A DNA stretch of 32,000 bases from Flavobacteriaceae bacterium (GTDB taxonomy: Bacteria; Bacteroidota; Bacteroidia; Flavobacteriales; Flavobacteriaceae): positions 2,940,001-2,972,000 of the forward strand of contig OZ245049.1 of the NCBI GenBank assembly GCA_965224465.1, read 5' to 3'. The position numbers and the translations under genes were made by a program. Positions 18,813-29,139 of the stretch are shown piece by piece. Position 1 is the first letter of the stretch. Every line of letters starts with the position of its first letter. Below the pieces are notes generated by a model, which saw only the letters and a list, made by a program, of their open reading frames with translations, was not told the origin of the DNA and ran no database searches.

Positions 18813-19691
18813 TCAATGCTCTTTTCTTAAAATATAGCAATGAGAAGAGACTTCCTTGGTAAATAAACCCTTAAAATTCGAGTATAAACCGATAAAAAAG
18901 GCACGTATATGACTAGATCTACCTCTTTTATAACCTTCACTCAGCATAGAAACATAGAAAGAATCGAACCACATAGGACGTGTTTCGATTAATTTAAGAC
19001 CTTTATTCCCGAATATAACTGCAATAGCGCTTCTAGAAAAATGCCATAAATGTCTCGGAACATCAAAAGCAGCCCAAAAAGAACCATAATAACGAGCATC
19101 AAAAGACTTGAAATTAGGAACAGCAATGATTAAAACACCTGTTTCAGACAGTAAATTATAAAGTTGATTGACAGTTTCTTCTAAATTTGGAACATGTTCT
19201 AGTACATGCCACATGGTAATAACATCAAATTTAGCGTCGTTTTTACTAGATATAAGATCATCTAAGGAGTCAAAAACACTATTTTTACCTTCCATTTTAC
19301 GAGACATTAATGCTTTTGCGTCATCATTTGGCTCCACACCCACTACATTCCAACCATCATTTTTACAAGAAATCAGGAATTCTCCCGTTCCACAACCGAT
19401 ATCTAAGAGTCGTTTTGATGCGTTTTTATACTTAGAAATGGATTTTACTTTCCTTTTAACAGTGTGTTTCTTTACTTTCTGATACACTTTATCCATCAAA
19501 GAAGCAGTAGCATCTGTGTGAGAAATGTAATTTTCACTCAGATAATACCCTCCTAAATCATCATTTTTAGGTTTTGGAAAGGTAACAAGCATGTCATATG
19601 TATCATGAAATCTCAATTGAAACACCTTATTTGACACTGTATAATCTTTACATTTTAAGAATGAAGACATAAAAAAAGAAGAATTTAGCAC
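18813..19691 (-). CDS. class I SAM-dependent methyltransferase
   Basis: Motif I LLDIGCGTGEF, then DVITMWHVLEHV and GVLIIAVPN. Confidence 0.85.
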   Translation of the reverse strand: MLNSSFFMSSFLKCKDYTVSNKVFQLRFHDTYDMLVTFPKPKNDDLGGYYLSENYISHTDATASLMDKVYQKVKKHTVKRKVKSISKYKNASKRLLDIGCGTGEFLISCKNDGWNVVGVEPNDDAKALMSRKMEGKNSVFDSLDDLISSKNDAKFDVITMWHVLEHVPNLEETVNQLYNLLSETGVLIIAVPNFKSFDARYYGSFWAAFDVPRHLWHFSRSAIAVIFGNKGLKLIETRPMWFDSFYVSMLSEGYKRGRSSHIRAFFIGLYSNFKGLFTKEVSSHCYILRKEH

Positions 19692-19721
19692 TATTAAAAA
19701 TTAATAAACAACAAAAAAAGG

Positions 19722-19737
19722 AGTTCCACGTGGAACA
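19722..19737. other. parS-like palindrome (15/16)
   Basis: AGTTCCACGTGGAACA, ending directly before the mnmG stop codon (19739-19741), between mnmG and the methyltransferase gene. Confidence 0.65.
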
Positions 19738-19738
19738 A

Positions 19739-21616
19739 TTAACGTCCCATATAGACCAATAACACAGAAATATCACTTGGTGAAACACCAGAAATACGAC
19801 TTGCTTGTGAAATTGTGGTAGGTTGAATCTTAGATAATTTCTGTTTTGCCTCTATAGAAAGAGATTTAATCTTGAAATAATCGAAGTTTTCAGGGATAGA
19901 AACGTTCTCTAAACGATTTAATTTATCCGCATTATTCTTTTCTTTTAAGATATATCCAGCATATTTTACATGGATTTCTGTCTGTTCAACGATTTCATTA
20001 TCGATATTATTGGTTGAAATAAAATCTAAAACACCTGGGAATTTCTTGACATCATCAAAATTTAACTGGGGACGCGCCGCAATTTTAAGCATTTTCATCG
20101 CTTGAGAAATAGGTGCAGTCCCTTTTTCTTCTAAAATAGGGTTCACTTCAGACGGTTTTATACTGGACGTTTTTAAAAAATGAACGAATAAATCGGTCTT
20201 TTTTTGCTTCTCTTCCACCCTATCTAAACGTTCTTTTGACACCAATCCAAGGTCAAAAGCTCGAGGAGTAAGACGTAAATCTGCGTTATCTTGACGTAAC
20301 AAAGTACGATATTCAGCTCTTGAAGTAAACATTCTATAAGGTTCATCAGTCCCTTTTGTAATCAAATCATCGATCAAAACACCTATATAAGCTTCGTTCC
20401 TTTTCAATGTAAAAGGATCTTTCCCTTGTACTTTTAACGCTGCATTTATTCCTGCCATCAAACCTTGAGCCGCTGCTTCTTCATATCCAGTAGTTCCATT
20501 TATCTGTCCAGCGAAGTATAAATGATCAATATTTTTAGTTTCTAAGGTGTGCTTTAATTGTGTTGGAGGGAAGTAATCGTACTCGATAGCATAGCCAAAA
20601 CGAAAGAATTTAACATTTTCAAAGCCTGCAACCAAGCGCAAAGAACGGTCTTGAATATCCTCTGGAAGCGATGTCGAAAATCCATTAACATAGATTTCGT
20701 TGGTTTTCCAACCCTCTGGTTCGATAAACAATTGATGTCTCTCCTTACTTGAAAACCGATCAATCTTATCTTCAATAGATGGACAATACCGTGGCCCTGT
20801 ACTTTTGATACGTCCATTAAACATTGGAGAGCGATCAAAACCTTCACGCAACATATCATGTACATCTAAACTTGTATAAGTCATATGGCAAGGCAACTGT
20901 ACTTTCAAAGGTGCTGTTTCACTTGAATAAGAAAACTTTTCTGGTTTCAAATCTCCAGGCTGCACAATCATTTTAGAAAAATCTAAAGACCTTGCATCCA
21001 CTCTAGGAGGTGTTCCAGTTTTCATTCTACCAGATTCAAATCCTAAAGCGTTCAGCTCTTCGGTAATACCATAAGAAGCACTTTCTCCAGCTCTACCACC
21101 ACCGAAACTTTTATCTCCAATATGAATTTTACCATTCAAAAATGTACCCGCAGTAATCACCACAGCCTTAGATTTAATTTTTAAACCAAGTGCTGTTTTA
21201 ACACCAACCACTTTACCCTGATCCGTAAGAAGACCTACAACCGAATCTTGAAACAAATCTAAATGCTCCGTATTCTCCAATCGAAAGCGCCACTCTTCTG
21301 CAAACCTCATACGGTCTGACTGAGCACGAGGACTCCACATAGCAGGCCCTTTGGACTTATTCAACATCTTAAACTGAACAGCCGTCAAATCGGTTACGAT
21401 CCCGCTATACCCACCTAAGGCATCAATCTCTCTTACTATCTGCCCCTTTGCAATACCACCCATAGCAGGATTACAGCTCATCTGAGCAATGTTCTGAAGC
21501 GACATAGTAATAAGTAAGGTGTGACTCCCAAGATTAGCGCTTGCAGCAGCTGCTTCACTTCCAGCGTGACCAGCCCCTACAACTATCACATCGTATGTTG
21601 TATTAAATAAACTCAT
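19739..21616 (-). CDS. mnmG: tRNA uridine-5-carboxymethylaminomethyl synthesis enzyme MnmG (GidA)
   Basis: 625 aa. YDVIVVGAGHAGSEAA FAD motif, NPAMGGIAKG, GPRYCPSIEDK, FAGQINGTTGYEEAAAQG. Confidence 0.95.
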   Translation of the reverse strand: MSLFNTTYDVIVVGAGHAGSEAAAASANLGSHTLLITMSLQNIAQMSCNPAMGGIAKGQIVREIDALGGYSGIVTDLTAVQFKMLNKSKGPAMWSPRAQSDRMRFAEEWRFRLENTEHLDLFQDSVVGLLTDQGKVVGVKTALGLKIKSKAVVITAGTFLNGKIHIGDKSFGGGRAGESASYGITEELNALGFESGRMKTGTPPRVDARSLDFSKMIVQPGDLKPEKFSYSSETAPLKVQLPCHMTYTSLDVHDMLREGFDRSPMFNGRIKSTGPRYCPSIEDKIDRFSSKERHQLFIEPEGWKTNEIYVNGFSTSLPEDIQDRSLRLVAGFENVKFFRFGYAIEYDYFPPTQLKHTLETKNIDHLYFAGQINGTTGYEEAAAQGLMAGINAALKVQGKDPFTLKRNEAYIGVLIDDLITKGTDEPYRMFTSRAEYRTLLRQDNADLRLTPRAFDLGLVSKERLDRVEEKQKKTDLFVHFLKTSSIKPSEVNPILEEKGTAPISQAMKMLKIAARPQLNFDDVKKFPGVLDFISTNNIDNEIVEQTEIHVKYAGYILKEKNNADKLNRLENVSIPENFDYFKIKSLSIEAKQKLSKIQPTTISQASRISGVSPSDISVLLVYMGR

Positions 21617-21625
21617 AGTATAGTT

Positions 21626-21641
21626 TGTTCCACGTGGAACA
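21626..21641. other. parS-like palindrome (16/16; 20-bp perfect palindrome at 21624-21643)
   Basis: TTTGTTCCACGTGGAACAAA, in the ybeY-mnmG intergenic region. Confidence 0.75.
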
Positions 21642-21660
21642 AATGTTTTTGATTAAATAT

Positions 21661-21676
21661 TGTTCCACGTGGAACA
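21661..21676. other. parS-like palindrome (16/16; 20-bp perfect palindrome at 21659-21678)
   Basis: ATTGTTCCACGTGGAACAAT, abutting the ybeY stop codon and 35 bp from the previous copy. Confidence 0.75.
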
Positions 21677-21677
21677 A

Positions 21678-22091
21678 TTAAATTTTTCGCAAAGATAAGT
21701 AATAATCTTCTTTCTCTCTCATCACCTTTTTATCGGCTTCCGTTTTATCATTATAACCACAATAGTGCAAAACTCCATGTGCCATCACCCGATGCAATTC
21801 GTCTAAAAAAGAAACTTCAAAATTCTTAGAATTCTCAAGCACCCTTTCTACAGAAATAAATATATCACCAGAAATTAGTTTCCCCATTGTGTAATCAAAA
21901 CTGATAATATCTGTCAAGGTATCGTGTTTTAAAAACTCAATATTTCTTTTTAGTAATTGTTCGTCAGAGCAAAAAATATAACTCAGTGCATCCAACCTAA
22001 AAGTTTCTTCTTCGATCAAACTACATATCCATTTATTTAGCCCATCCAAATCAGGAATTGCAACTTCTTTTTCAAAATGAAATTCTATCAT
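21678..22091 (-). CDS. ybeY: rRNA maturation endoribonuclease YbeY
   Basis: 137 aa with the metal-binding motif HGVLHYCGYND (H..H.....H). Confidence 0.9.
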   Translation of the reverse strand: MIEFHFEKEVAIPDLDGLNKWICSLIEEETFRLDALSYIFCSDEQLLKRNIEFLKHDTLTDIISFDYTMGKLISGDIFISVERVLENSKNFEVSFLDELHRVMAHGVLHYCGYNDKTEADKKVMREKEDYYLSLRKI

Positions 22092-25000
22092 TTATTTGTT
22101 TTAAAATAATTAATTACTTTTATTTTATAATCCGGTTGCAAAGGTAAACTTTGACGTAGCAATAATTCGTCTTTTGTTTTAAAATACTTTTTGAGAACTA
22201 TAGAATCTAATACAGGTTTTGAAAAAAGTAAAGAATTTTCAATAGATTCCCTTTCCTCCTTTTCTCCCTGCTCCTTAAAAGCAGTTTGTAATTTTAATAA
22301 TTCATACGTAAGAGTTGTCATTTTATTAAGATTAACATCCGTAAATCCATGTTCAATAATATCCTCTAATAATTGATCCATTTTTTTCGAAACGCCTTCA
22401 CCAGATTTAGAACCACCTTTCTTTTTTGCAAGTGCATCAAACATTTCTTTGATTCTAGTTTGCTCCTGAAACAAGCGATACAATTCTCCTTCATTACCCG
22501 ATTCCCCTTTTTTACCTGATTTTCCATTTTTAGGAATTCCTTTAGATCCAGGTTTCATTCCCTTCTTCATTTGTTCTAACAACTCAGATTGTTTTTGAAT
22601 AATATCAGGTAGACTTATCCCCTTCCCTTTTCCCGATCCAGGCATCGGCATTGCATTCATCATACCATCCAATAAATTACTTAACATCACTGCAAGGTTA
22701 TTTACGGCGGTCATAACATATCTTTGTGATTTTACACCATCCCTAAATTTAGCATCAGAAAAATAATCCAAACTGGTTCCTAAAAAATAATGAGCATCAC
22801 TTAATTCAGTGTCTATTTTAGAAGACATTTTTTCGATACGTAAAGACAATACATACAAACTATCATCGATATGCTCAAAATACGTTTTTAACTCATGTTG
22901 TTTTTTAACATTATCTGGCAAAGTTGAATGATCTGAAGGCAAGCCATCCATTGCATTCATAACCGCTTCTTGTTGAAAAGAAAAATAAATTAAATTTTCT
23001 ACAATTGCCCGAAGAGATTCCATATCCTCCTCTATCATTTCTAGTTCTCCATTTTGCATTTGAGCTTGCATTTTCATCGCCATTTCCATCATTTCCATTG
23101 CAGCCTTTTTCTGATTCTTTTCGGATGATTTTTGTTGCTCTTGCTTTTCTACTGATTTTTGCATTTCCTCTTCAATGGTTTTTTCTTCTGATTCCGTATC
23201 CGGAATATCCATTGGCTTTTTCAACGCTTGGTTGTCCTTTTTAACAGCATCTAATTCCTTTTTTAAATCATCAAATTCTTTGCTGAGTTTTTTCTGCTCT
23301 TCCAAAGATTCTTTCTTCTTAGACAATGCATCTTGCTTTTTTGATAACTCTTTTAAATCTTCTTGAATTTTCAATGCCTTTTGTTCAACATAAAATCTTT
23401 TAGTCATTTCTACCAAGCGCTCCAACGATCTTTCTTTCTGTTTATTTTGACTACTTAATTTATCTAACTTTTTAACCAAGTCCTCTTTATTTAATTTCTT
23501 AGCCAATGCTTTTAATTCCTCTAATAATTTATTTTTTTTACTCATTGCTAAAGACTCTTTTAAACGCTTCTCTAATTCAGCCTTTTTTTCAAGCATAGAA
23601 GGAGCAACTTTACTTTTCGAAATTGTTTTTAATAAGGACTCTTTATTTCTATTTAAAATGGCCTCGTGTTTTTTTTGTTGTTGTAAAAAATTACTAAAAT
23701 TTGTCTTGTCTTTAAAACTCAAGTTTCTTTTAGAATTCATTTCGTTCTTAAATGCTTCCAATTCTTTGTTCGATAATTTTTGATCAAAGCGCTCGCTATT
23801 TATTTTTTTGATAACCTCCTTCTGCTCTTTTAAAATAGCTTCCTTTTTTTCTGACGCTGTTTGTTTATAAAAAGAAAATAATTTTGACTTAGAAAATTTA
23901 GGACCTAAAACAGCATCGTTGTCCCAAACCTCAAAATAGTATTGATATTTTTTACCATCAATAAAATTGATACTATCAGAAAAGTGATACATAAAACTAT
24001 GAAATTGTTTTTTAGGCCTTAAAATCGACCTTTTAAGAAGGGTGTTTACTTGATTTTCTATAAAAAAACATAGTACGATATCAGATACTAGATAATCGTC
24101 GCTTACATCTATTAAAAATCGATTTTGACCTTTAAAATCTTCCGTAATATATTTCTCAACGGCTATTAATGGAAATTCGTCTGCAACACAGCGAACAGAA
24201 AAATTTAAGGGCTCAAAATTTTGAATATTTAGATTTTCGCTAGAAATTACATACTCAAACGATTTTGAAATAATTTTAGAAAAAGAAAAGGAATGCTCCT
24301 TGATTTTTGTAAAAGAAAAAAGAGTTGCGTTCGAATCTATCTTAAAATGTACACGAGCTACATTTTTACCAAAAACCTCCCAATTAATTTTTGTGCCACG
24401 TGGAACAATTAATTGACCCACATTTGAAATTTTTTCAGGACTGCGTTTTGTATAGCTTGGAAAATGCAACACCGCATCCAAAGATTCCAATACAGGAACT
24501 TTTAAACAATCCAATGTATAGGTTTTTGAAACAACATCATTTGCTACAAAATTAAAAGATACAGGCTGTATAATATTCATAAAAGAATACTGAAATAAAT
24601 TAGGCGACACCTGATCTAACAAATAAGCATTTCCATTAATTTCTACTTGAACATCATCTGGAACAAATGTACCTACGGTAGTTACTTGAAGTAGATAATC
24701 CTGATGTTCAAAAGTACTCATCTCATCATTTAAAATAAGAAAAGAAAACAAGGCAGGTTTTTCATAGACCACAGACGGATTCACCACACGGTTCAAAGAA
24801 TTAGAAAACATGGAACCACTATTTGTAAAAAAAATACCAACTAAAACAAAAAGAACAGGCAACAAATATTTGAGGTACGCTGAATTAGCTTTTAAATTAA
24901 TGGCATGTAAAAAAGGAATAGGACGTAAATTACGAGCATGCTGATCTATACTTGCCAATAACAAATCAGAATCACCAGAAGAATTACTTAACTGGATTAC

Positions 25001-25405
25001 ATTCAATAGTTTATCGTCTATTTCAGGGAAATATTTACCAATAAAAACAGCACCATCTGCTACAGAAATACCTTTAGAAATCCCCATTAATTTAAACAAA
25101 GGCATTCCTATAAATTTAATCAATAAAAATAATTCTATCAACAAAAATAAGCCAAATAAAATCCACCGTTTAAAAGGAGCCAACCAAAGCCAAGATTCTA
25201 TAAGTAATGTCAATAAAAAATAACCGACACCAAATGCTGTAAATAAAATAACACCACGTATCAATTCGTTGATATAAAACTTTCGTTGAAATTGTTTTAC
25301 TTTTTCTAGTATAACTTGTATATTTTCCAAAATAGCAATCGTATTAAATCTATAAAATTTCTTAAAAAGAACCAATTTCATGAAAAAATACGGTTTTAAG
25401 ATCAT
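22088..25405 (-). CDS. large membrane-anchored protein with a long K/E-rich coiled coil (DUF4175-like)
   Basis: 1105-aa ORF. N-terminal TM helices, a beta-rich middle region and a ~350-aa charged coiled coil. Its TGA stop overlaps the ybeY start (ATGA). The family name is from memory. Confidence 0.75.
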   Translation of the reverse strand: MILKPYFFMKLVLFKKFYRFNTIAILENIQVILEKVKQFQRKFYINELIRGVILFTAFGVGYFLLTLLIESWLWLAPFKRWILFGLFLLIELFLLIKFIGMPLFKLMGISKGISVADGAVFIGKYFPEIDDKLLNVIQLSNSSGDSDLLLASIDQHARNLRPIPFLHAINLKANSAYLKYLLPVLFVLVGIFFTNSGSMFSNSLNRVVNPSVVYEKPALFSFLILNDEMSTFEHQDYLLQVTTVGTFVPDDVQVEINGNAYLLDQVSPNLFQYSFMNIIQPVSFNFVANDVVSKTYTLDCLKVPVLESLDAVLHFPSYTKRSPEKISNVGQLIVPRGTKINWEVFGKNVARVHFKIDSNATLFSFTKIKEHSFSFSKIISKSFEYVISSENLNIQNFEPLNFSVRCVADEFPLIAVEKYITEDFKGQNRFLIDVSDDYLVSDIVLCFFIENQVNTLLKRSILRPKKQFHSFMYHFSDSINFIDGKKYQYYFEVWDNDAVLGPKFSKSKLFSFYKQTASEKKEAILKEQKEVIKKINSERFDQKLSNKELEAFKNEMNSKRNLSFKDKTNFSNFLQQQKKHEAILNRNKESLLKTISKSKVAPSMLEKKAELEKRLKESLAMSKKNKLLEELKALAKKLNKEDLVKKLDKLSSQNKQKERSLERLVEMTKRFYVEQKALKIQEDLKELSKKQDALSKKKESLEEQKKLSKEFDDLKKELDAVKKDNQALKKPMDIPDTESEEKTIEEEMQKSVEKQEQQKSSEKNQKKAAMEMMEMAMKMQAQMQNGELEMIEEDMESLRAIVENLIYFSFQQEAVMNAMDGLPSDHSTLPDNVKKQHELKTYFEHIDDSLYVLSLRIEKMSSKIDTELSDAHYFLGTSLDYFSDAKFRDGVKSQRYVMTAVNNLAVMLSNLLDGMMNAMPMPGSGKGKGISLPDIIQKQSELLEQMKKGMKPGSKGIPKNGKSGKKGESGNEGELYRLFQEQTRIKEMFDALAKKKGGSKSGEGVSKKMDQLLEDIIEHGFTDVNLNKMTTLTYELLKLQTAFKEQGEKEERESIENSLLFSKPVLDSIVLKKYFKTKDELLLRQSLPLQPDYKIKVINYFKTNK
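24392..24407. other. parS-like site embedded in a CDS (15/16)
   Basis: TGTGCCACGTGGAACA inside the 1105-aa gene (encodes VPRGT). It shares the flank ...GGAACAATTAA with the 19722 and 21661 copies. Confidence 0.45.
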
Positions 25406-25479
25406 TAAGGAACAATAATTGTAGAATTAACTGCTAATTAGGAACACAAAGAAAAAATAAATGATAATATTGTAGCATT

Positions 25480-26130
25480 ATGAAAAATACATTTTTACTA
25501 ATATTCACGCTATTCTATACGCTACACTCCTTTGCTCAGTACGATGATCATACAAAGGGGTCAGGATCCTTAAACATCCAAGCTAAGGCCACAAAAACAA
25601 GGATAAAAGCTACCAAGGAATACACGATAGAGAATACAAAAAAAAATAAAATCGTTAGCCTGAACAATACAGCTGCAAAATATTTAAAAAACAAGAACAA
25701 TAGCAAAAGTGCAGTTATGATTCCCAAGCCTGAAAGAGGCGTTTATACAAAAAAAATATTTCAAGGAAAAGACTTAACATTTGCTAAACGGAAAACAACA
25801 AGCGAACTTGGAACTATTTCTACAAAAAGTAAAAAAATAGTCATAGAATGTAGAGATCATAGCTTGGTGGATGGGGACATTATTAGTGTCTTTGTCAACG
25901 ATGTCCTCTACAGGAGCAATATTATTCTAAAAAATAATTTCTTTGTAATAGATGTTGACTTAAATATGGGATACAATAAAATAGACTTTCTTGCTAAAAA
26001 CCAAGGTTATTCTGGACCTAATACGGCAGAATTTGTAGTCTATGACATACACGGAAACTTAATTTTTAAACAAGGATGGAATATAAATACCGGAGAAAGT
26101 GCCACTTTTGGTGTAATCCGTACTCAATAA
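25480..26130 (+). CDS. secreted hypothetical protein
   Basis: Signal peptide (LFYTLHSFAQ). 216 aa, with no motif I recognise. Confidence 0.65.
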   Translation: MKNTFLLIFTLFYTLHSFAQYDDHTKGSGSLNIQAKATKTRIKATKEYTIENTKKNKIVSLNNTAAKYLKNKNNSKSAVMIPKPERGVYTKKIFQGKDLTFAKRKTTSELGTISTKSKKIVIECRDHSLVDGDIISVFVNDVLYRSNIILKNNFFVIDVDLNMGYNKIDFLAKNQGYSGPNTAEFVVYDIHGNLIFKQGWNINTGESATFGVIRTQ

Positions 26131-26133
26131 AAA

Positions 26134-26163
26134 AATGGCTTAAAACACATGTTCTAAGCCATT
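26134..26163. terminator. bidirectional terminator between convergent genes
   Basis: aatggctta (26134-26142) and taagccatt (26155-26163), flanked by A5 and T-rich runs. Confidence 0.65.
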
Positions 26164-26184
26164 TTACATATCTAATAAAAAAAT

Positions 26185-27195
26185 CTATTCGTCTTCAGAA
26201 TTAATTTTATCAATAATTTTACCTTCCAATTCTTCTGCCAATTCTGGATTGTCTTTAATCAACAATTTAACAGCATCACGTCCTTGTCCAAGCTTGGTAT
26301 CACCATAACTAAACCAAGAACCACTTTTCTTAACAATACCATATTCAACGGCTAAATCTAGAATCTCTCCAACTTTAGAAATTCCTTGTCCGTACATAAT
26401 ATCGAATTCAGCAATTTGAAATGGCGGTGCCACTTTATTCTTTACAACTTTTACTTTTGTACTATTACCAACCACTCTATCACCATCTTTAATTTGGGTT
26501 CTTCTACGAATATCCAAACGAACAGAAGCATAAAATTTTAATGCATTTCCACCAGTAGTAGTTTCTGGATTTCCGAACATAACACCAATTTTCTCACGCA
26601 ATTGATTGATAAATATAACCGTACAATTAGTTTTATGAATAGTACCTGTTAATTTACGCATGGCTTGAGACATTAAACGTGCATGTAGACCCATTTTAGA
26701 ATCTCCCATTTCACCTTCAATCTCACTTTTTGGAACCAAAGCCGCAACAGAATCAATAACAATAATATCGATAGCTCCAGAACTAATTAGATGATCTGCA
26801 ATTTCCAATGCCTGCTCCCCATAATCTGGTTGAGAAATAATTAAATTATCTATATCTATACCAAGATTGGCAGCATAAAAACGATCAAAAGCATGTTCTG
26901 CATCAATAAATGCAGCAATACCACCCGCTTTTTGAGCTTCTGCAATAGCATGTATTGCCAAGGTAGTTTTACCAGAAGATTCAGGTCCAAAGATTTCAAT
27001 AATTCTACCTCTTGGATAACCACCAACTCCCAATGCTAAATCCAATCCTAAGGATCCAGTAGAAATAACTTCAATATCCTTTGAGGGAATATCCCCCATC
27101 TTCATCACAGCACCTTTACCATAAGATTTATCTAATTTATCTAAGGTTAATTGTAATGCTTTAAGCTTTGCCGCTTTTTCTTTATCTTCAGCCAT
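26185..27195 (-). CDS. recA: recombinase RecA
   Basis: [10 protein letters not shown] Walker [10 protein letters not shown], and [37 protein letters not shown]. Confidence 0.97.
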   Translation of the reverse strand: MAEDKEKAAKLKALQLTLDKLDKSYGKGAVMKMGDIPSKDIEVISTGSLGLDLALGVGGYPRGRIIEIFGPESSGKTTLAIHAIAEAQKAGGIAAFIDAEHAFDRFYAANLGIDIDNLIISQPDYGEQALEIADHLISSGAIDIIVIDSVAALVPKSEIEGEMGDSKMGLHARLMSQAMRKLTGTIHKTNCTVIFINQLREKIGVMFGNPETTTGGNALKFYASVRLDIRRRTQIKDGDRVVGNSTKVKVVKNKVAPPFQIAEFDIMYGQGISKVGEILDLAVEYGIVKKSGSWFSYGDTKLGQGRDAVKLLIKDNPELAEELEGKIIDKINSEDE

Positions 27196-27279
27196 AATTA
27201 AAAATTCTGTTTAAAAAGCTAAAATACGAAAGACTTAATAAAACCATTGCTACAATTTATAGCAAAATATAAAATAAGA

Positions 27280-27717
27280 TTATATCTTCATGGAGATATG
27301 TTCTATTCCATCTTCCAAATACACCTTACCTACCTTTTTAAAACCGTGACTTTGGTAAAATTTCTTTAAATATAATTGTGCAGAAATCTGAATATCCTCA
27401 GTATTAAAAAGAGTGTAAATAGTTTTTATACAAGTATTTAACAACATGGTTCCATAATTTATTTTCCTAAAATCAGGATGCACCACTACCCTACCAATAC
27501 TCGCATATTTAAAATAATCTCCCGCTTTAAAAATTCGAGCATAGGCACAAATTTTTTCATCCTCTTTATAAAAAATATGATGGGCAATCGCATCTTTTCC
27601 ATCTAAATCTTGATATACACAATCTTGCTCTACTACAAAAACCTGCGCACGTAACTGTAAAATTTCATACAGTTCAATAACATTTAATTGACTAAATTCC
27701 TTTACAAATAAATCCAT
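27280..27717 (-). CDS. GNAT-family N-acetyltransferase (ElaA-like)
   Basis: 145 aa. LRAQVFVVEQDCVYQDLDGKD and the R/Q-x-x-G-x-G/A-like segment VVVHPDFRKINYGTMLL. Confidence 0.8.
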   Translation of the reverse strand: MDLFVKEFSQLNVIELYEILQLRAQVFVVEQDCVYQDLDGKDAIAHHIFYKEDEKICAYARIFKAGDYFKYASIGRVVVHPDFRKINYGTMLLNTCIKTIYTLFNTEDIQISAQLYLKKFYQSHGFKKVGKVYLEDGIEHISMKI

Positions 27718-27722
27718 TTATT

Positions 27723-28634
27723 CTAATCTTGTAATATGTATTCTTTTATATCATCTCTCTTAAACTCGGGTTGGAAATTAGCATGACTAATCCCAAATTT
27801 ATCATGTAGTAATTTTTCTATCTCTTCACAATAAACATCAAATTCTGACAATCTAATATCCTTATGAAATTCAATATGAGCCTCAAAATGACAATCGTGA
27901 TCGTTCAATTGCCAAATATGTACATGATGTATATTTTTAACTGCCGAAATGCTTAAAATCGCCTTTTCTATGTCCTCTATCACCAAATGATCTGGAGCAA
28001 ATAACATCAAAATTTTCAACGTTTCTACCACAATTCCCCAACTCATATACACCAAATAAATGGCTATAAAAATGGTTAACAATGCATCTATCCAATACAC
28101 CTGATAAAAATAAATAAGCCCCCCTCCTATCAACACCACAATAGAGGTCAACATATCGGTTAATAAATGCAAATAAGCCGACTTCATATTCAAATTATGA
28201 TCTGCATCACCTTTGAGTAACAACACGCTAAAACCATTGACTAAAATACCTAAAAAAGCCATCCACATTACAATGCTTCCATTAATCTCCTGAGGATTAG
28301 AAAAACGTTCAACCGCTTTAATAGCCAACCAAATCCCAATAACAATTAAGGTAGCCGAATTGATAAAAGCTGCAATAATTTCTGCACGTTTAAAACCAAA
28401 TGTTTGTTTAGTTGTCTGTTTTTTATGGAGAGACAATCTATTAGCTACATAACTTAAAATAAGTGAGATAACATCAGAAAAATTATGAATGGCATCCGAA
28501 ATTAATGCCAAACTACCTGAAATAAATCCAAAAACTAACTGTGCAATTGTAATGATGCTGTTCAATACAATAGACAGCAACAATTTTTTACCAGACAACA
28601 CCGGATGGTGGTGATGCGAATGATGACTTCCCAT
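27723..28634 (-). CDS. cation diffusion facilitator (CzcD/ZitB-like) metal efflux transporter
   Basis: His-rich N-terminus (GSHHSHHHH), six TM helices, SLALISDAIHNFSD and HLLTDMLTS motifs, and a C-terminal cytoplasmic domain. Confidence 0.9.
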   Translation of the reverse strand: MGSHHSHHHHPVLSGKKLLLSIVLNSIITIAQLVFGFISGSLALISDAIHNFSDVISLILSYVANRLSLHKKQTTKQTFGFKRAEIIAAFINSATLIVIGIWLAIKAVERFSNPQEINGSIVMWMAFLGILVNGFSVLLLKGDADHNLNMKSAYLHLLTDMLTSIVVLIGGGLIYFYQVYWIDALLTIFIAIYLVYMSWGIVVETLKILMLFAPDHLVIEDIEKAILSISAVKNIHHVHIWQLNDHDCHFEAHIEFHKDIRLSEFDVYCEEIEKLLHDKFGISHANFQPEFKRDDIKEYILQD

Positions 28635-28665
28635 AAAAAAATCTATTTAAAATATAAGGAACAAC

Positions 28666-29094
28666 TTAACAACTTACTTTATCCACACGTGTTTGATGTC
28701 TACCACCTTCAAATTCTGTATTCAAGAAAATAGTAACAAAACCAACAGCCTGTTGTACAGATACAAAGCGCGCAGGGATTGCCAAAATATTAGCATCATT
28801 ATGCAACCTTGTCAATTCAACCAACTCGTTATTCCAACACAAACCAGCTCTAATACCTTGATGTTTATTCGCTGTCATTTGAGCCCCATTCCCACTTCCA
28901 CATATTATAATACCAAAAGTAGCCTTCCCACTTTCTACGGCATCAGCAACAGGATGAATAGCATCTGGGTAATCCATACTCTCAGATGTATCAGTTCCAA
29001 AATTTAAAACTGTATAGTTATTTTTTTCCAAATATTTGATAATTTCGAACTTATATTCAGTACCCGCATGATCGTTCCCAATTGCTATTGTCAT
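28666..29094 (-). CDS. rpiB: ribose-5-phosphate isomerase B
   Basis: MTIAIGNDHAG start, with GIIICGSGNGAQMTANK and RLHNDANILAIPARF. The tracked ORF's 41-aa N-terminal extension is hydrophobic junk upstream of the canonical start. Confidence 0.9.
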   Translation of the reverse strand: MTIAIGNDHAGTEYKFEIIKYLEKNNYTVLNFGTDTSESMDYPDAIHPVADAVESGKATFGIIICGSGNGAQMTANKHQGIRAGLCWNNELVELTRLHNDANILAIPARFVSVQQAVGFVTIFLNTEFEGGRHQTRVDKVSC

Positions 29095-29139
29095 ATTGTT
29101 TATTATTAAGTAATTAATAGTCCTACAAAAGTACAAATT

